A stretch of DNA of 64,000 bases from Desulfatiglandales bacterium (GTDB taxonomy: Bacteria > Desulfobacterota > DSM-4660 > Desulfatiglandales > HGW-15): NCBI GenBank assembly GCA_963667015.2, contig CAXXJJ010000004.1:160001-224000 (forward strand), given 5' to 3'. Shown here one piece after another: positions 1-10,892 of the stretch (position 1 is the stretch's first letter; the number at the start of each line of letters is the position of its first letter). The notes beneath the pieces were generated by a model, which was given only the letters and a program-made list of their open reading frames with translations, was not told where the DNA came from and did not search any database. A program made the position numbers and the translations under genes.

Positions 1-889
1 GATAAAGGGATTAGGAATTCATGAGACGCCTGACATATACATAAAAAAATACCCTCTGGGAAAGAAAGGGATGGTTATCCTCACAACCGAGAGGCTGACC
101 GAAAGGATTACCAACAGGGATTTTCAATGGCTTTCAAAAAAGATAAGCAACCCTAAAAAGCTGGAGAAAAGCATTATCGATCTTTACAGCAGAAAAGGGG
201 GAGATGAAAGATTTACCCTTGGTTTGATAAAGTATGGTGTGTTTCCAAAATGGATCAGGAAAGTATTATCAATTTACCTGGTATTCTTCATTATTATTAT
301 CAGTTTGATCGGCGGGTATTTTATCATGTACAGCGATAATGATATCCCGGTAGAGACTGTAGCCATGAATCAACCGGTTATATTTGAAGAGGATGCAGAC
401 GGTGTTGCTCCTCAAAAAACTGAACCTTCAGCGCCTGAAAAAAGTGCTGTAATAAGGCAACCGATAATTGTTGATAAAGATATTGCTGTTCCTGTCGAAA
501 AAACATCTAACTCAGATATCGAATCCGTTGATAATATTTATGATCAGGTATACACCATTTTAGATGAGTGGAAGGAAGCCTGGGAAATGAGTGCCGGAGC
601 TAATGGTGATATCAAAAAATATATTTCCTTTTATTCAAATGATTTTCGATCCGGCAGGCTTAACAAAAGTGGGTGGGCCTCCGATAAATCAAGAAAAAAT
701 AAAAGGAAAAAATGGATAAAAGTTGAGATATCCAATATAAAAATATCTGAACCGGACCGGAATAATAATGTAAGGGTAAGGTTTTCCCAGGATTACAAAT
801 CCTCTAATTTTTCAGTTACTTCAGGTAAATTACTGGTTTTGAAAAAAGAGGATGGTAAATGGCTTATTGTTTCTGAAAAAAGCAGTTAA
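1..889 (+). CDS. Membrane-anchored protein with C-terminal NTF2-like domain (as at the C-terminus of Cds6-type L,D-transpeptidases); probably 5'-truncated by the window edge
   Basis: The frame of ORF 71..889 has no stop back to position 2. One TM helix, a low-complexity linker, then an NTF2-like pattern (W..AW...DI.KY..FYS.DF...W...K...V.FSQDY.S...K.LVL.KEDGKW.IVSE). Confidence 0.6.
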   Translation, partial: IKGLGIHETPDIYIKKYPLGKKGMVILTTERLTERITNRDFQWLSKKISNPKKLEKSIIDLYSRKGGDERFTLGLIKYGVFPKWIRKVLSIYLVFFIIIISLIGGYFIMYSDNDIPVETVAMNQPVIFEEDADGVAPQKTEPSAPEKSAVIRQPIIVDKDIAVPVEKTSNSDIESVDNIYDQVYTILDEWKEAWEMSAGANGDIKKYISFYSNDFRSGRLNKSGWASDKSRKNKRKKWIKVEISNIKISEPDRNNNVRVRFSQDYKSSNFSVTSGKLLVLKKEDGKWLIVSEKSS

Positions 890-1761
890 GCTCCTACTTT
901 TTGAAGGTCAAATTCTAATTTATGGGCTTTTATTCCCTGCGCTTTAAACTGCGTAATTAATTCAGTTCTGATATCGTTTTTTAACTCCCAGGCGTCTCCA
1001 GGTGAGTCTGTCCAGGCGGCAACCCAGCATTTAAAACCTCTCTCTTCCATATCCATTATCCAGAATTTGGGTTCTTCATAGTCTGCGAAATATTTACTCT
1101 CTGATGCTGCGGTTACGGCTAAATTTTTTACCAGCTCCAGGTCTGAATCATAGGAAACTGAAAATTCAACATGGGACCACTGGTATGAGTCGTTAATTGT
1201 GCAGTTGATTACCTCTTTGGACAGCATTTTACTGTTGGGGACTATGTATCTCCTCCAGTTCCATATCTTTAAGACTGTATGGGTCATGGTTATATCTTCT
1301 ATTGTTCCATATTTGTCATCAATGAGTACGGTGTCACCAATCCTTGAGAGGTTGGAAAAGGAAAGGACAATACCTGAAATGAGGTTTTCAATAAACGGTC
1401 TTGCAGCAAGACCGACAATAACACCGGAGGCTGCAACTAAAACTGAAACAAACGTTGAAGGTACACCGCTTAAAAAAGGGTAAAGTAGGGCTATCAGCCA
1501 CATAAAAACTATAGAAATAAATGAGACTTTCCTGATAATTGAGAAACGGTTTTCGACGCTCTCCAGTGCTGCCTCTTTTGCATCAGCCTCCGGTGTATCA
1601 GTTGGAGAGCTGGTATCAACCGCATTAAAGCGTTTTATCTTTTTAATCCTTGCCTTTCTTTTTGCCTCAGTCAAAAATATTTTTCTTTTACACCACCATA
1701 TAAACGAAGCGCCTAAAACGCCTACCGCCAGCAGATAAATCAATTGAAGATGTGAATTCAT
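886..1761 (-). CDS. MscS-family small-conductance mechanosensitive channel
   Basis: N-terminal TM helices; motif GLAA...ENLISGI...RIGD.V.ID...G.IEDIT..HT. Confidence 0.9.
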   Translation of the reverse strand: MNSHLQLIYLLAVGVLGASFIWWCKRKIFLTEAKRKARIKKIKRFNAVDTSSPTDTPEADAKEAALESVENRFSIIRKVSFISIVFMWLIALLYPFLSGVPSTFVSVLVAASGVIVGLAARPFIENLISGIVLSFSNLSRIGDTVLIDDKYGTIEDITMTHTVLKIWNWRRYIVPNSKMLSKEVINCTINDSYQWSHVEFSVSYDSDLELVKNLAVTAASESKYFADYEEPKFWIMDMEERGFKCWVAAWTDSPGDAWELKNDIRTELITQFKAQGIKAHKLEFDLQKVGA

Positions 1762-1909
1762 TATGTTTTCTTAATAATAGATTTGTTATAGATTTTGTAT
1801 AGACCATACCAGTTATTCAGTTGTTATTCAAGTTTGTCTCTGGAATAACATGGGAGCAGGAAAAGGCATAAAAATAAGCGGGTTATAAGGATAGTAATTG
1901 TAGGAATGT

Positions 1910-2692
1910 TTAACAACTAAATGAGGCCGCTATTCTATAGCCGGCAATTGCCAGGGCGTGATGGAGGTTCATGGATTTTTTAAACCCGAACATGGGAATT
2001 TTTATAAGTGTTTTGCAGCAGTTACGCAGCTCATTAGCAATTCCATAAACCTCGTTGCCAATGACAATGATGCAGGGACTTTGAGGTTCCCATGCTTCGA
2101 TATCTATTGCTTGAGGTGAGGTCTCCAGACCTATAACAGGAAGCGCCTCCACGTTGAGCCAGTCGACAAGGTCCTGTTTTAATTCAACAGGTATCCATTT
2201 TTGACATCCTCTGGCTGATTTGCAGAGCTGCGGATGATCAAGTCTCAGCCATTCAGAGTTGTGAACAAGTCTCCTGAATCCGAAATTATCAATCAGGCGC
2301 AGGACCGAGCCTACATTATATGGGCTTCTTACCTGGTCAAGGACTATTGTAACATCCAGTCTGTGCTCCCATTTGACAGTATCTCTATCAGTAGCGGAAT
2401 CATCATTTTTAAAAATATCCTGTGGGTTTCCGCTGAAACTCTTATGGAACAAAAAAAATTCATGCAGAGCTTCTTTGTCAGTGAGGTAATCGGGCGGGGT
2501 ATACCGGTCGAGATCAGTCCAGGAGAGCATCTCCCTATATCTTTTATAAAAACCCGAAAAATCACATGTTTCCAGGGACTTTCGGGCAAGAAAGGCAAGA
2601 TACTCATGCTGTCTTGAGGAAGAGAGTTTAATAAATTTTCTTTTGCCTATTGTCTCAGCATACCTTGCCGGCTTTGAGCTGGTGAGTTTCAA
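1910..2692 (-). CDS. TrmH/SpoU-family RNA 2'-O-methyltransferase
   Basis: SPOUT motifs LDQVRSPYNVGSVLR, GNEVYGI, IPMFG.KKSMNL; start uncertain (overlaps metG end). Confidence 0.85.
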   Translation of the reverse strand: MKLTSSKPARYAETIGKRKFIKLSSSRQHEYLAFLARKSLETCDFSGFYKRYREMLSWTDLDRYTPPDYLTDKEALHEFFLFHKSFSGNPQDIFKNDDSATDRDTVKWEHRLDVTIVLDQVRSPYNVGSVLRLIDNFGFRRLVHNSEWLRLDHPQLCKSARGCQKWIPVELKQDLVDWLNVEALPVIGLETSPQAIDIEAWEPQSPCIIVIGNEVYGIANELRNCCKTLIKIPMFGFKKSMNLHHALAIAGYRIAASFSC

Positions 2693-4778
2693 CCGGATTG
2701 CCTCCTATATGGCATTTTTGTTCTCCAGCCATTAATACGCCATCTTTTACCTGGATATCTATCTCTCCAAACTCTTCAATGGTCAATTCGCTGTGATCTA
2801 TTTTCTGTTTATCTACAGTCACAATCTGGCCTGGCTCAAACGGGCTTCCATCCAGAAGCTCCATTTTGTTCCTGTGTTTGCATACAAGGATCATCCCCTG
2901 TGATTTGATATCCCTGATCTTTGTGGGTTTGAGGTTTGCAAGGATAATGACCTTTCGATCTGAGAGTTCTTCAGGCTGGTATCTTTTTACAAGTCCGGCA
3001 ACAATACTCCTTGGTTCATCCTCTCCAAGGTCAACAGAAAGCCAGTAAAGTTGATCAGCATTGGGATGTTTTTTTACTTCTTTAATCTTGCCTACCATGA
3101 GCTGAATTCTTCCGAAATCAGACTGTTTCCCGCTGAACTGTTTTCGGAACTTCTCTGCAAGTTTTATATCAAGTTTTTTATGTACTATCGCTGGCTGGTC
3201 TACGGTATGTCCGTCCAACCCCGTGAATTGCCCTATGTCATCCCATGTATATTCACTGATATTCATGAATTCAAGTATTCCGCTGGAGGTTTCAGGCATG
3301 AAGGGGTTTAAGGCTATAGCTACACTCTTCACCAGATAAGAAAGAAGTGAAACTGTTGCATGTGCATGAGCAGGTTCGGTTTTTATCCTGTCCCACGGCT
3401 GCATATCCTGAAAGAATTTATTGCCGCGGTTTCCTATAGCAAGAATAGTTCTGATTGCATCACGTATTCTTACCGCCTCAAAGGCCTCTGTAACCTGGTT
3501 CAGTTCCTTTCTGCATTCTTCAATGAATGTCTGGTGAGATTCAGGTAAGTCAAGGTCTTTAATCTCACCGTTAAAGTTTTTCTTTAAGTATACAAGGGTG
3601 CGGTTAACCATGTTTCCGATATTGTCTGTGAACTCGGAATTGACCTTTTCAATAAAGTCATCCCATACAAACTGACTGTCATTTCTTTCCGGTCTGTTGG
3701 CGAGAAGGTAGAATCTCCAGAGGTCAATATGGATACCTGTCTCTTTTACATCATTGCCAAAGACTCCGATATTCCTTGATTTTGAAAATTTAGTATTTTC
3801 ATAGTTAAGGTATTCAGTTGCATTAATGTGGTAAAGAAGCGTCCAGTTGTTACCTGTGCCGATCAATGAAGCAGGAAATATCACTGTATGAAACGGGATA
3901 TTATCCTTTGCCATAAACTGGTAGAGTCTGACCTCATCAGGGTTCTGCCACCACTCCTTCCAGTTATCCCGTTCCTTTGCTGTTATTGATATATAACCTA
4001 TAGGCGCATCAAACCATACATAGAAGACCTTGTCTTCGTAGCCTGGTCTTGGTACCGGTATTCCCCATTTTAAGTCCCTTGTAATAGGACGCGACTGAAG
4101 TCCTTTTTCAAACCATGAATGGGTTGTCTGGATGGCATTATTCGTCCAGTTGCCTTCTTTTGATGTTTTATCCGACCATGACTTTAATCTATCCTGGAGT
4201 TTGTCCAGCCTGAGATAAAGATGTGATGTCTCCTTTAAGACAGGAGAGGATCCGCATATCTTGCACCGGGGATTTATAAGGTTTTCCGGTTCAAGAAGTT
4301 TTCCACAACTGTCACATTGATCCCCTCTGGCGCCATCATCTCCGCAGTGGGGGCAGGTGCCTTCAACATACCTGTCTGCGAGGAAAATGCTGTCCTTTTC
4401 GCAGTAGGTCCTGCATGTGGTTTCCTCTGATATGAGGTCAGCCGCTTCCAGGTCCTTAAAAATTCCCTGAGCTATTTCGGTCTGCTTTTCGGTGGATGTT
4501 CTTCCGAAAATATCAAACGAAATATTAAAGTGCTCATAAATATCTTTATGAAGTGCATGGTATTTATCACATATTTCTCGCGGAGTAAGGCCTTCCTCTC
4601 TTGCCTTTGTCTCTGTAGCTGTTCCGTACTCATCAGTTCCACATACATAAAGCGTTTCATATCCTTTCAAGCGGCAAAAACGCGCATAGGCATCCGCTGA
4701 AAGCACACAGCCTATAATATTGCCCAGATGGGGAAGGTTGTTCACATAGGGCAGGGCAGATGTAATCAGTTTTTTCAT
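2655..4778 (-). CDS. metG: Methionyl-tRNA synthetase with C-terminal tRNA-binding OB domain
   Basis: TSALPYVNN.PHLGN (HIGH-type), Zn-knuckle CxxC motifs, YVWFDAPIGY, KFSKS, C-terminal HPNADQLY...SQGM. Confidence 0.97.
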   Translation of the reverse strand: MKKLITSALPYVNNLPHLGNIIGCVLSADAYARFCRLKGYETLYVCGTDEYGTATETKAREEGLTPREICDKYHALHKDIYEHFNISFDIFGRTSTEKQTEIAQGIFKDLEAADLISEETTCRTYCEKDSIFLADRYVEGTCPHCGDDGARGDQCDSCGKLLEPENLINPRCKICGSSPVLKETSHLYLRLDKLQDRLKSWSDKTSKEGNWTNNAIQTTHSWFEKGLQSRPITRDLKWGIPVPRPGYEDKVFYVWFDAPIGYISITAKERDNWKEWWQNPDEVRLYQFMAKDNIPFHTVIFPASLIGTGNNWTLLYHINATEYLNYENTKFSKSRNIGVFGNDVKETGIHIDLWRFYLLANRPERNDSQFVWDDFIEKVNSEFTDNIGNMVNRTLVYLKKNFNGEIKDLDLPESHQTFIEECRKELNQVTEAFEAVRIRDAIRTILAIGNRGNKFFQDMQPWDRIKTEPAHAHATVSLLSYLVKSVAIALNPFMPETSSGILEFMNISEYTWDDIGQFTGLDGHTVDQPAIVHKKLDIKLAEKFRKQFSGKQSDFGRIQLMVGKIKEVKKHPNADQLYWLSVDLGEDEPRSIVAGLVKRYQPEELSDRKVIILANLKPTKIRDIKSQGMILVCKHRNKMELLDGSPFEPGQIVTVDKQKIDHSELTIEEFGEIDIQVKDGVLMAGEQKCHIGGNPVETHQLKAGKVC

Positions 4779-4994
4779 ACAGTAAACTCCGATAGTATTA
4801 TTTATAAATTAAGCGAGGATGTGTACCATTTTTATAAAAAACTTTCAATACAATGTATGTTCTGAGAGATAGTCTGGTAAGAATGCCTGAATAGAAAACC
4901 AATTTCATTATGTATTTTTATTGAAAGTTGAATGTTGATCGTTGCAGGTTGAAAGTTAATTTTTGAATGAGCCCATAGTGCTGTATCCGTAATG

Positions 4995-7817
4995 CTATTT
5001 ATTATTCAGAACTTTTTTAAGATAAGATGCAGTATAGGATTCTTTTACATCTACCACCTCTTCAGGTGTTCCGGTAGCAACGATATTTCCACCATTGTCA
5101 CCGCCTTCCGGGCCAATGTCTATTATGTAGTCGGCTGTTTTTATGACGTCAAGATTATGTTCTATTACAATTACAGTATTTCCCATGGATACGAGATATC
5201 TGAGGACTTCTACAAGCTTTTTAATATCCTCAAAATGGAGTCCGGTTGTGGGTTCATCAAGCAGGTAAAGGGTTCTTCCTGTGCCCCTTTTGCTTAATTC
5301 TCTTGAAAGTTTAATCCGTTGAGCCTCCCCGCCTGAAAGAGTGGTTGCAGATTGTCCCAGTTTAATATAACCAAGTCCAACATTCAGGAGTGTTTTTAGT
5401 TTATTTTTAATATTAGGTATATTTTCAAAAAACTTAAAGCTTTGGTTTATGGTCATGTCCAGGACCTCAGCTATATTCATACCCCTGTATTTTATCTCAA
5501 GTGTGTCTCTGTTAAAGCGGCTGCCTTTACATGATTCACACAGTACATGGACATCAGGCAGGAAATGCATCTCAATTTTTATAAGTCCGTCACCATTGCA
5601 TGCTTCACAGCGTCCGCCCTTTACATTAAAGCTGAATCTGCCCGGCTTGTATCCCCTGACTTTAGATTCAGGCAGCATCGCAAAAAGGTCTCTTATATAG
5701 GCAAATATCCCGGTATATGTGGCGGGATTTGAACGGGGAGTCCTGCCAATGGGTGTTTGATCTATACTTATTACTTTATCTATGTGTTCTATGCCTTTGA
5801 TATCTTTTACTTTACCAAGCATCTTCTTTGATCGGTATAATTTCCTGGCTAAGGCAGGGTAGAGAGTTTCATTAATAAGGCTGCTTTTACCCGAGCCTGA
5901 AACACCGGTAACGCATGTGAATGTGCCTAAAGGAAATTCCACATCTATGTTTTTAAGGTTATTCTGCTCTGCCCCCAGTATCTGGAGTCTGTTTTCATTT
6001 CCGCTTCTCCTTTTTTCCGGTAGGGGTATTTTCAGTCTTCCGGACAGATATTTTCCAGTAAGGGAGTTCTCGTCTTTTAGGAGATCTGCCGGTGTGCCGC
6101 TGAAAACAACTTCCCCTCCGTTTATTCCTGCACCGGGCCCCATATCAATAATATAATCTGCCTTTTCTATGGTTTCTGCATCGTGTTCAACAATAAGTAC
6201 AGTATTTCCAAGTTCCTTCAACCTGGTAATATTTTCCAGCAGGAGGCTGTTATCCCTCTGATGAAGGCCTATACTTGGTTCATCGAGAACATAGAGAACT
6301 CCTGCAAGGCCCGAACTAATCTGGGTCGCAAGCCTTATTCTCTGGCTCTCTCCCCCTGAAAGGGTGGATGACGGCCGGTCAAGGGTGAGGTAGGACAAGC
6401 CTACATTATCCAGAAAACCTATTCTGTCCTTCAGCTCCTTTATGACCCTCTTTGATATCTTTTCTTCCCTTGAGTTGAGTTCGAGTTTATCAAAAAAATC
6501 ATTGGCCTTTTTTATGGAGAATGACGTAAGTTCATGGATGGTATGCCCTCCGATCTTTACTGCTCCGCTGAATTGATTTATTCTGGATCCGTTGCATTCA
6601 GGGCACTCCATTACGCTCATGTATCTTTCTATATCTTCCCTTGTCTGGTAGGAATCCGTTTCATTATAGCGTCTTTCAAGGGAAGGAATTACCCCTTCAA
6701 AGGGCCTGTCATAGGAATATCGTTTTTCATCCTTTTCAAAATAAAATTTGATCACTTCATTGCCCGATCCGTACATGAGAATATTTCGGCTTTCCCGGTC
6801 AATGCTTTCGAATGATTGATATGCATCAATATCATAGTGTTTACATATTGCATCGAGCATCTGCTGAAAGTATATGGAGTTTCTTTTGGACCATGGGGCA
6901 ATAGCTCCCTCCCTTAACGAAAGGGCTGGATCAGGTACGATCAGATCCGGATCAAAATATCTTTTCTTTCCCAGTCCGCTGCATTCGGGACATGCCCCCC
7001 GGGGATTATTAAAGGAAAACATCTGAGGGGTAAGTTCCGGGATGCTGATTCCACAGTTTCGGCATGCTGCATTTGTGCTGAAAAAGATCTCTTCTGAATC
7101 AATGACATCTATAATTGCATGGCCGTTTGCCATGTTAAGGGTGAGTTCCATTGAATCTGTAAGGCGGTTTTTTATATCCGGGTTGATTATCAGCCTGTCC
7201 ACAACAACGCTGATATTATGCTTCCTGTTCTTATCCGGTTTTATTTCTTCATCCAGCAGCCTGATATCATCGTCAACCTTTACACGGGTAAAACCATCCT
7301 TTCTCAGTTTGTTGAAAAGCTGCTGAAATTCGCCTTTTCGGCCCTCAATAAGCGGGGCAAGTATCTGGATTCTGGTATCCTGTTCAAGATCCATTATCCT
7401 GTCAACAATCTGCTGGGTAGTCTGTGCTGATATTTCTACTCCGCATTTTGGACAATGAGGGTGACCAATTCTTGCATAAAGCAGCCTGAGATGATCATAG
7501 ATTTCTGTAACCGTGGCAAGTGTAGAGCGTGGATTTCTGCTGGATGCCATCTGATCGATTGAAATGGCAGGAGAGAGTCCGTCTATATAATCCACATCAG
7601 GTTTATCCATCTGTTCCAGGAATTGCCTGGCATAGGCTGAAAGTGACTCTACATATCTTCTCTGGCCTTCGGCATAAATAGTATCAAAGGCAAGGGATGA
7701 TTTTCCTGATCCGGAAAGGCCTGTAATTACAACTATCCGGTTCCTGGGAATATCAACGCTGATATTCTTCAGGTTATGAACCCTGGCGCCTCTGACTTTT
7801 ATTTCACTTGCGGCCAT
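4995..7817 (-). CDS. uvrA: Excinuclease ABC subunit A
   Basis: GARVHNLKN, two GxSGSGKSS Walker A motifs, LSGGE signatures, Zn fingers. Confidence 0.99.
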   Translation of the reverse strand: MAASEIKVRGARVHNLKNISVDIPRNRIVVITGLSGSGKSSLAFDTIYAEGQRRYVESLSAYARQFLEQMDKPDVDYIDGLSPAISIDQMASSRNPRSTLATVTEIYDHLRLLYARIGHPHCPKCGVEISAQTTQQIVDRIMDLEQDTRIQILAPLIEGRKGEFQQLFNKLRKDGFTRVKVDDDIRLLDEEIKPDKNRKHNISVVVDRLIINPDIKNRLTDSMELTLNMANGHAIIDVIDSEEIFFSTNAACRNCGISIPELTPQMFSFNNPRGACPECSGLGKKRYFDPDLIVPDPALSLREGAIAPWSKRNSIYFQQMLDAICKHYDIDAYQSFESIDRESRNILMYGSGNEVIKFYFEKDEKRYSYDRPFEGVIPSLERRYNETDSYQTREDIERYMSVMECPECNGSRINQFSGAVKIGGHTIHELTSFSIKKANDFFDKLELNSREEKISKRVIKELKDRIGFLDNVGLSYLTLDRPSSTLSGGESQRIRLATQISSGLAGVLYVLDEPSIGLHQRDNSLLLENITRLKELGNTVLIVEHDAETIEKADYIIDMGPGAGINGGEVVFSGTPADLLKDENSLTGKYLSGRLKIPLPEKRRSGNENRLQILGAEQNNLKNIDVEFPLGTFTCVTGVSGSGKSSLINETLYPALARKLYRSKKMLGKVKDIKGIEHIDKVISIDQTPIGRTPRSNPATYTGIFAYIRDLFAMLPESKVRGYKPGRFSFNVKGGRCEACNGDGLIKIEMHFLPDVHVLCESCKGSRFNRDTLEIKYRGMNIAEVLDMTINQSFKFFENIPNIKNKLKTLLNVGLGYIKLGQSATTLSGGEAQRIKLSRELSKRGTGRTLYLLDEPTTGLHFEDIKKLVEVLRYLVSMGNTVIVIEHNLDVIKTADYIIDIGPEGGDNGGNIVATGTPEEVVDVKESYTASYLKKVLNNK

Positions 7818-7818
7818 T

Positions 7819-8826
7819 TTAATATTCCGAATATTTACGCCTGTTTTCCGACATTTGGGCGGCCATAACTACCGCTGCCTTGAGACTGTTATAGTCGGCA
7901 ATGCCTTTGCCTGCAATATCATATGCAGTTCCGTGGTCAACGGATGTCCTTATAATGGGAAGCCCCAGAGTTACATTGACACCATCTGAAAAATGCAGCA
8001 GTTTCAAAGGGATAAGGCCTTGATCATGGTACATGTTTACTACTGCATCAAATTTCCCTGAAACGGCCTTCGGGTAAAGTGTGTCAGCCGGAAGAGGACC
8101 TGATACATCGTATCCGTTTTCAATCGCCTTTTCCACAGTCGGCCGTATAATAAGCTCTTCTTCTTTTCCGAAAAGACCTTCTTCTCCTGCATGGGGATTC
8201 AATGCTGCAACAGCAATCCTGGGTTTTTTTATTCCAAAATCTTTCTGAAGGGCAGAGGCGGTTATCATTATGGTTTTCAGGATGTTTTCCCGGTTAATAT
8301 TCTTCGGCACATCTTTTAATGCACAATGGATCGTAACAAGCGTAACTCTCAGCCTGTCTCCAGCCAGCATCATTACATAATCTTCGGTGTCTGTAAGATG
8401 GGAAATGAGTTGAGTGTGCCCCTGGTAATTATATCCGGCTTTATTCATCAGTGCCTTGTTAAGAGGACAAGTTACCATGGCTGATATCTGGCCTTTAACG
8501 CACATATCTACCGCGGAAAGTATATATTTTACCATTGCCATGCCACCGGCAAGTGTCGGCACTCCCGGGGCATAATCCTTTTTATCGAGCGAGGATATTT
8601 CTAAGACATTTATTCTTCCGGGCTTGAATTCCGCTTTATCCGCTGATTCAATTTTGTGTATCATAAGAGATCTTCCAGCGTATTCTGAAAGGACTTTTGT
8701 ATCCCCAAAAACTATTGGATTACATACGGTTAACAGACTATCATCAAGGAATAATTTAGTAATTATTTCAGGCCCTATCCCTGAAGGATCCCCCATGGTT
8801 ATGCCTAAAAGAGGTTTTTTATCCAT
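7819..8826 (-). CDS. pdxA: 4-hydroxythreonine-4-phosphate dehydrogenase
   Basis: [44 protein letters not shown]. Confidence 0.95.
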   Translation of the reverse strand: MDKKPLLGITMGDPSGIGPEIITKLFLDDSLLTVCNPIVFGDTKVLSEYAGRSLMIHKIESADKAEFKPGRINVLEISSLDKKDYAPGVPTLAGGMAMVKYILSAVDMCVKGQISAMVTCPLNKALMNKAGYNYQGHTQLISHLTDTEDYVMMLAGDRLRVTLVTIHCALKDVPKNINRENILKTIMITASALQKDFGIKKPRIAVAALNPHAGEEGLFGKEEELIIRPTVEKAIENGYDVSGPLPADTLYPKAVSGKFDAVVNMYHDQGLIPLKLLHFSDGVNVTLGLPIIRTSVDHGTAYDIAGKGIADYNSLKAAVVMAAQMSENRRKYSEY

Positions 8827-8935
8827 AAACTTATCCGGTTTAAAATTTGAGTTTGAATAATAAAGGTTTTTTTATAAAAAAGAAATACTAATGGCGGGAT
8901 ATTGAAATCATTTTTTACCTATGAAGCAAATAATT

Positions 8936-10276
8936 TTATATCTGGTCAATTAATTTTTTTTGAAGCGTATTTCGATGTATTCCCAGGATACGAGCCGCTT
9001 CTTTCCTGCTGCCGCTGACTCTATTCAATACATCATTTATAAATTCCTTTTCAAATATATCAACTGCTTCCTTGAGAGGTATATCTTTTATTTCCTTTTT
9101 ATTAATATTGAAACTGGATACACTTTTAGGAAAAATAACATTACTCTTTGTAATGGTGTCAAGACGTTCAACCAGATTCTGAAGTTCCCGAACATTACCC
9201 GGCCAGTCATAATGTTCCGTCAGTATTTTTACGGCACTTTGTGAGAATTTTTTTTGGGCTTTTCCGTTTTGTTTTGAATACATTTGAAGGAAATGATCCA
9301 GTAAAATAGGGATGTCTCCCCGTCTTTCTCTGAGAGGAGGTAATTCAATAGGGAATACATTAAGTCTGTAAAAGAGGTCTTCTCTGAATTTTCCGATCTC
9401 AGCAAGGTGTTTGAGATCTTTATTGGATGCAGCTATAAAACGAACATCGATTTTAATCAGTTTTGTACTTCCAAGCCTTTCAAATTCTTTTTCCTGAATG
9501 ACTCTTAAGAGTTTTGCCTGCATAGCTATATCCAGCGTATCTACATCATCAAGGAACACAACACCTTTATTTGCTATTTCCAGTTTTCCTACCTTGATTG
9601 AAGATGCACCTGTAAAAGCTCCTTTATTGTGTCCAAAAATTTCACTCTCCATGAGTGTTTCAGGTATGGCTGCGCAATTAATAACTACAAAGGGTTCTTC
9701 CTTTCTGTGCCCAAGCTTGTGAACAGCCCTGGCCACAAGTTCTTTTCCTGTTCCGCTTTCACCCTGTATTAATACTGCGCCATCACTTTCAGCAATGGTA
9801 GATATCAAATCAAAGATCTCCCGCATTTTCTGATCTTGTCCAACGATCTTTTCAAATGGCTGAAATCTTTCCAACTCATCTTTAAGGTAAGTTACTTCCC
9901 TTTTAAGATTATGCTTTTCAAGAGACCTGTTAACAACATTAATAATATCCTCAACAACAAAAGGTTTTACGATATAATCATATGCTCCGAATTTCATTGC
10001 ATCTACAGCGGTTTTCACTTCTTTTACAGCCGTAACCATAATAACTTCAGTATCCGGGTCTGCTTCCTTGAACTGTTGTAATAGATCAATTCCATTGGAA
10101 TCAGGCAACATAATATCAAGCAGTATAAGGTCAAAAGAGTTTTCTGAAAATATCTTCAGCGCTTTTTCACCATTTTCGGCAAGGTATACATTGTGATCAG
10201 TCCCTAATACCATTTTGAATGATTGTAAAACACCGTATTCATCATCAACTACCAGAATGGAAGCCTTTTTATCCAT
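8936..10276 (-). CDS. Sigma-54-dependent response regulator (REC-AAA+-Fis HTH; NtrC/AtoC family)
   Basis: REC domain (VVDDE, LLDIMLP), GESGTGKE, GAFTGA, FREDLFYRLNV, WPGNVREL, HTH AARILGIHRNTL. Confidence 0.95.
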   Translation of the reverse strand: MDKKASILVVDDEYGVLQSFKMVLGTDHNVYLAENGEKALKIFSENSFDLILLDIMLPDSNGIDLLQQFKEADPDTEVIMVTAVKEVKTAVDAMKFGAYDYIVKPFVVEDIINVVNRSLEKHNLKREVTYLKDELERFQPFEKIVGQDQKMREIFDLISTIAESDGAVLIQGESGTGKELVARAVHKLGHRKEEPFVVINCAAIPETLMESEIFGHNKGAFTGASSIKVGKLEIANKGVVFLDDVDTLDIAMQAKLLRVIQEKEFERLGSTKLIKIDVRFIAASNKDLKHLAEIGKFREDLFYRLNVFPIELPPLRERRGDIPILLDHFLQMYSKQNGKAQKKFSQSAVKILTEHYDWPGNVRELQNLVERLDTITKSNVIFPKSVSSFNINKKEIKDIPLKEAVDIFEKEFINDVLNRVSGSRKEAARILGIHRNTLQKKLIDQI

Positions 10277-10372
10277 TTTAGAAATTGTTCCTTTCAGTAA
10301 GTTTATAGCTATGAAATTCTTAAGCTATGTGTCAGAAAATAAGAGTGATTTTAAATAATAATCTGCTTACAT

Positions 10373-10387
10373 ACAATCATCATGCCA
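10373..10387 (-). promoter_or_regulatory. Sigma-54-like -24/-12 promoter facing the response regulator
   Basis: Minus strand reads TGGCATGATGATTGT (GG-N10-GT; the -12 C is replaced by T), about 100 bp upstream of the regulator start. Confidence 0.45.
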
Positions 10388-10417
10388 AAATATATTTCAT
10401 AGGCTCTACAGTACCAT

Positions 10418-10437
10418 ATGCACATAATTTTGTGCAT
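10418..10437. promoter_or_regulatory. Enhancer-like palindrome 1 (ATGCACA-N6-TGTGCAT)
   Basis: Perfect 7-bp arms; the same motif recurs at 10637 and 10659. Confidence 0.6.
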
Positions 10438-10628
10438 TATAAAATGTATGATTGTTGTGGTATTTTTATCATGTATCATGAAATTAGATTAAAACATGCT
10501 AATAACTGCTTAAAATTTCACATATTTCATAAGATATTATCTCGGATATTTATGAATAAAAAAACATAATTCAAACAGGCTAATTACATTTCAGGTATTA
10601 TAATTGTTATCTTAATGCTAAAAAAAAT

Positions 10629-10676
10629 TGCACATATGCACATAAAAATGTGCATATGTGCACAATTATATGTGCG
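10629..10676. promoter_or_regulatory. Tandem enhancer-like palindromes 2 and 3 (TGCACA-N6-TGTGCR), 22 bp apart
   Basis: TGCACATAAAAATGTGCA (10637-10654) and TGCACAATTATATGTGCG (10659-10676); 10629-10662 is also a perfect 15-bp inverted repeat with a 4-nt spacer. Confidence 0.65.
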
Positions 10677-10824
10677 TTATTATTTTTTATAAATCCAGGC
10701 ATCATTCATTGAAATACTCCTTTTATATAATTATTTCCTGTTAAAATTAATAAAATTAGCTTGTTATCCATTTATATATTTCTGTTTTTTATCACTCTTA
10801 ACAGCAAAAGCAGCCAATTTTTTT

Positions 10825-10839
10825 TGGCATAAATATTGA
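10825..10839 (+). promoter_or_regulatory. Sigma-54-like promoter for the acyltransferase
   Basis: TGGCATAAATATTGA (GG-N10-GA), 150-190 bp downstream of the tandem palindromes and about 55 bp upstream of ATG 10893. Confidence 0.55.
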
Positions 10840-10892
10840 GTACTATGTCATAAAGATCTTTGAAAATTTACTTAGAGAGAGAGGGAAAAATC

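Noticed and set aside
10327..10569. 80-aa ORF in the regulatory intergenic region
   Set aside because: AT-rich, no SD or motifs, and it overlaps the promoter and palindrome elements.
10629..10662. Perfect 15-bp inverted repeat as terminator or MITE
   Set aside because: No U-tract or target duplication, and it is built from the TGCACA motif repeated elsewhere in the intergenic region, so it is treated as protein-binding sites.
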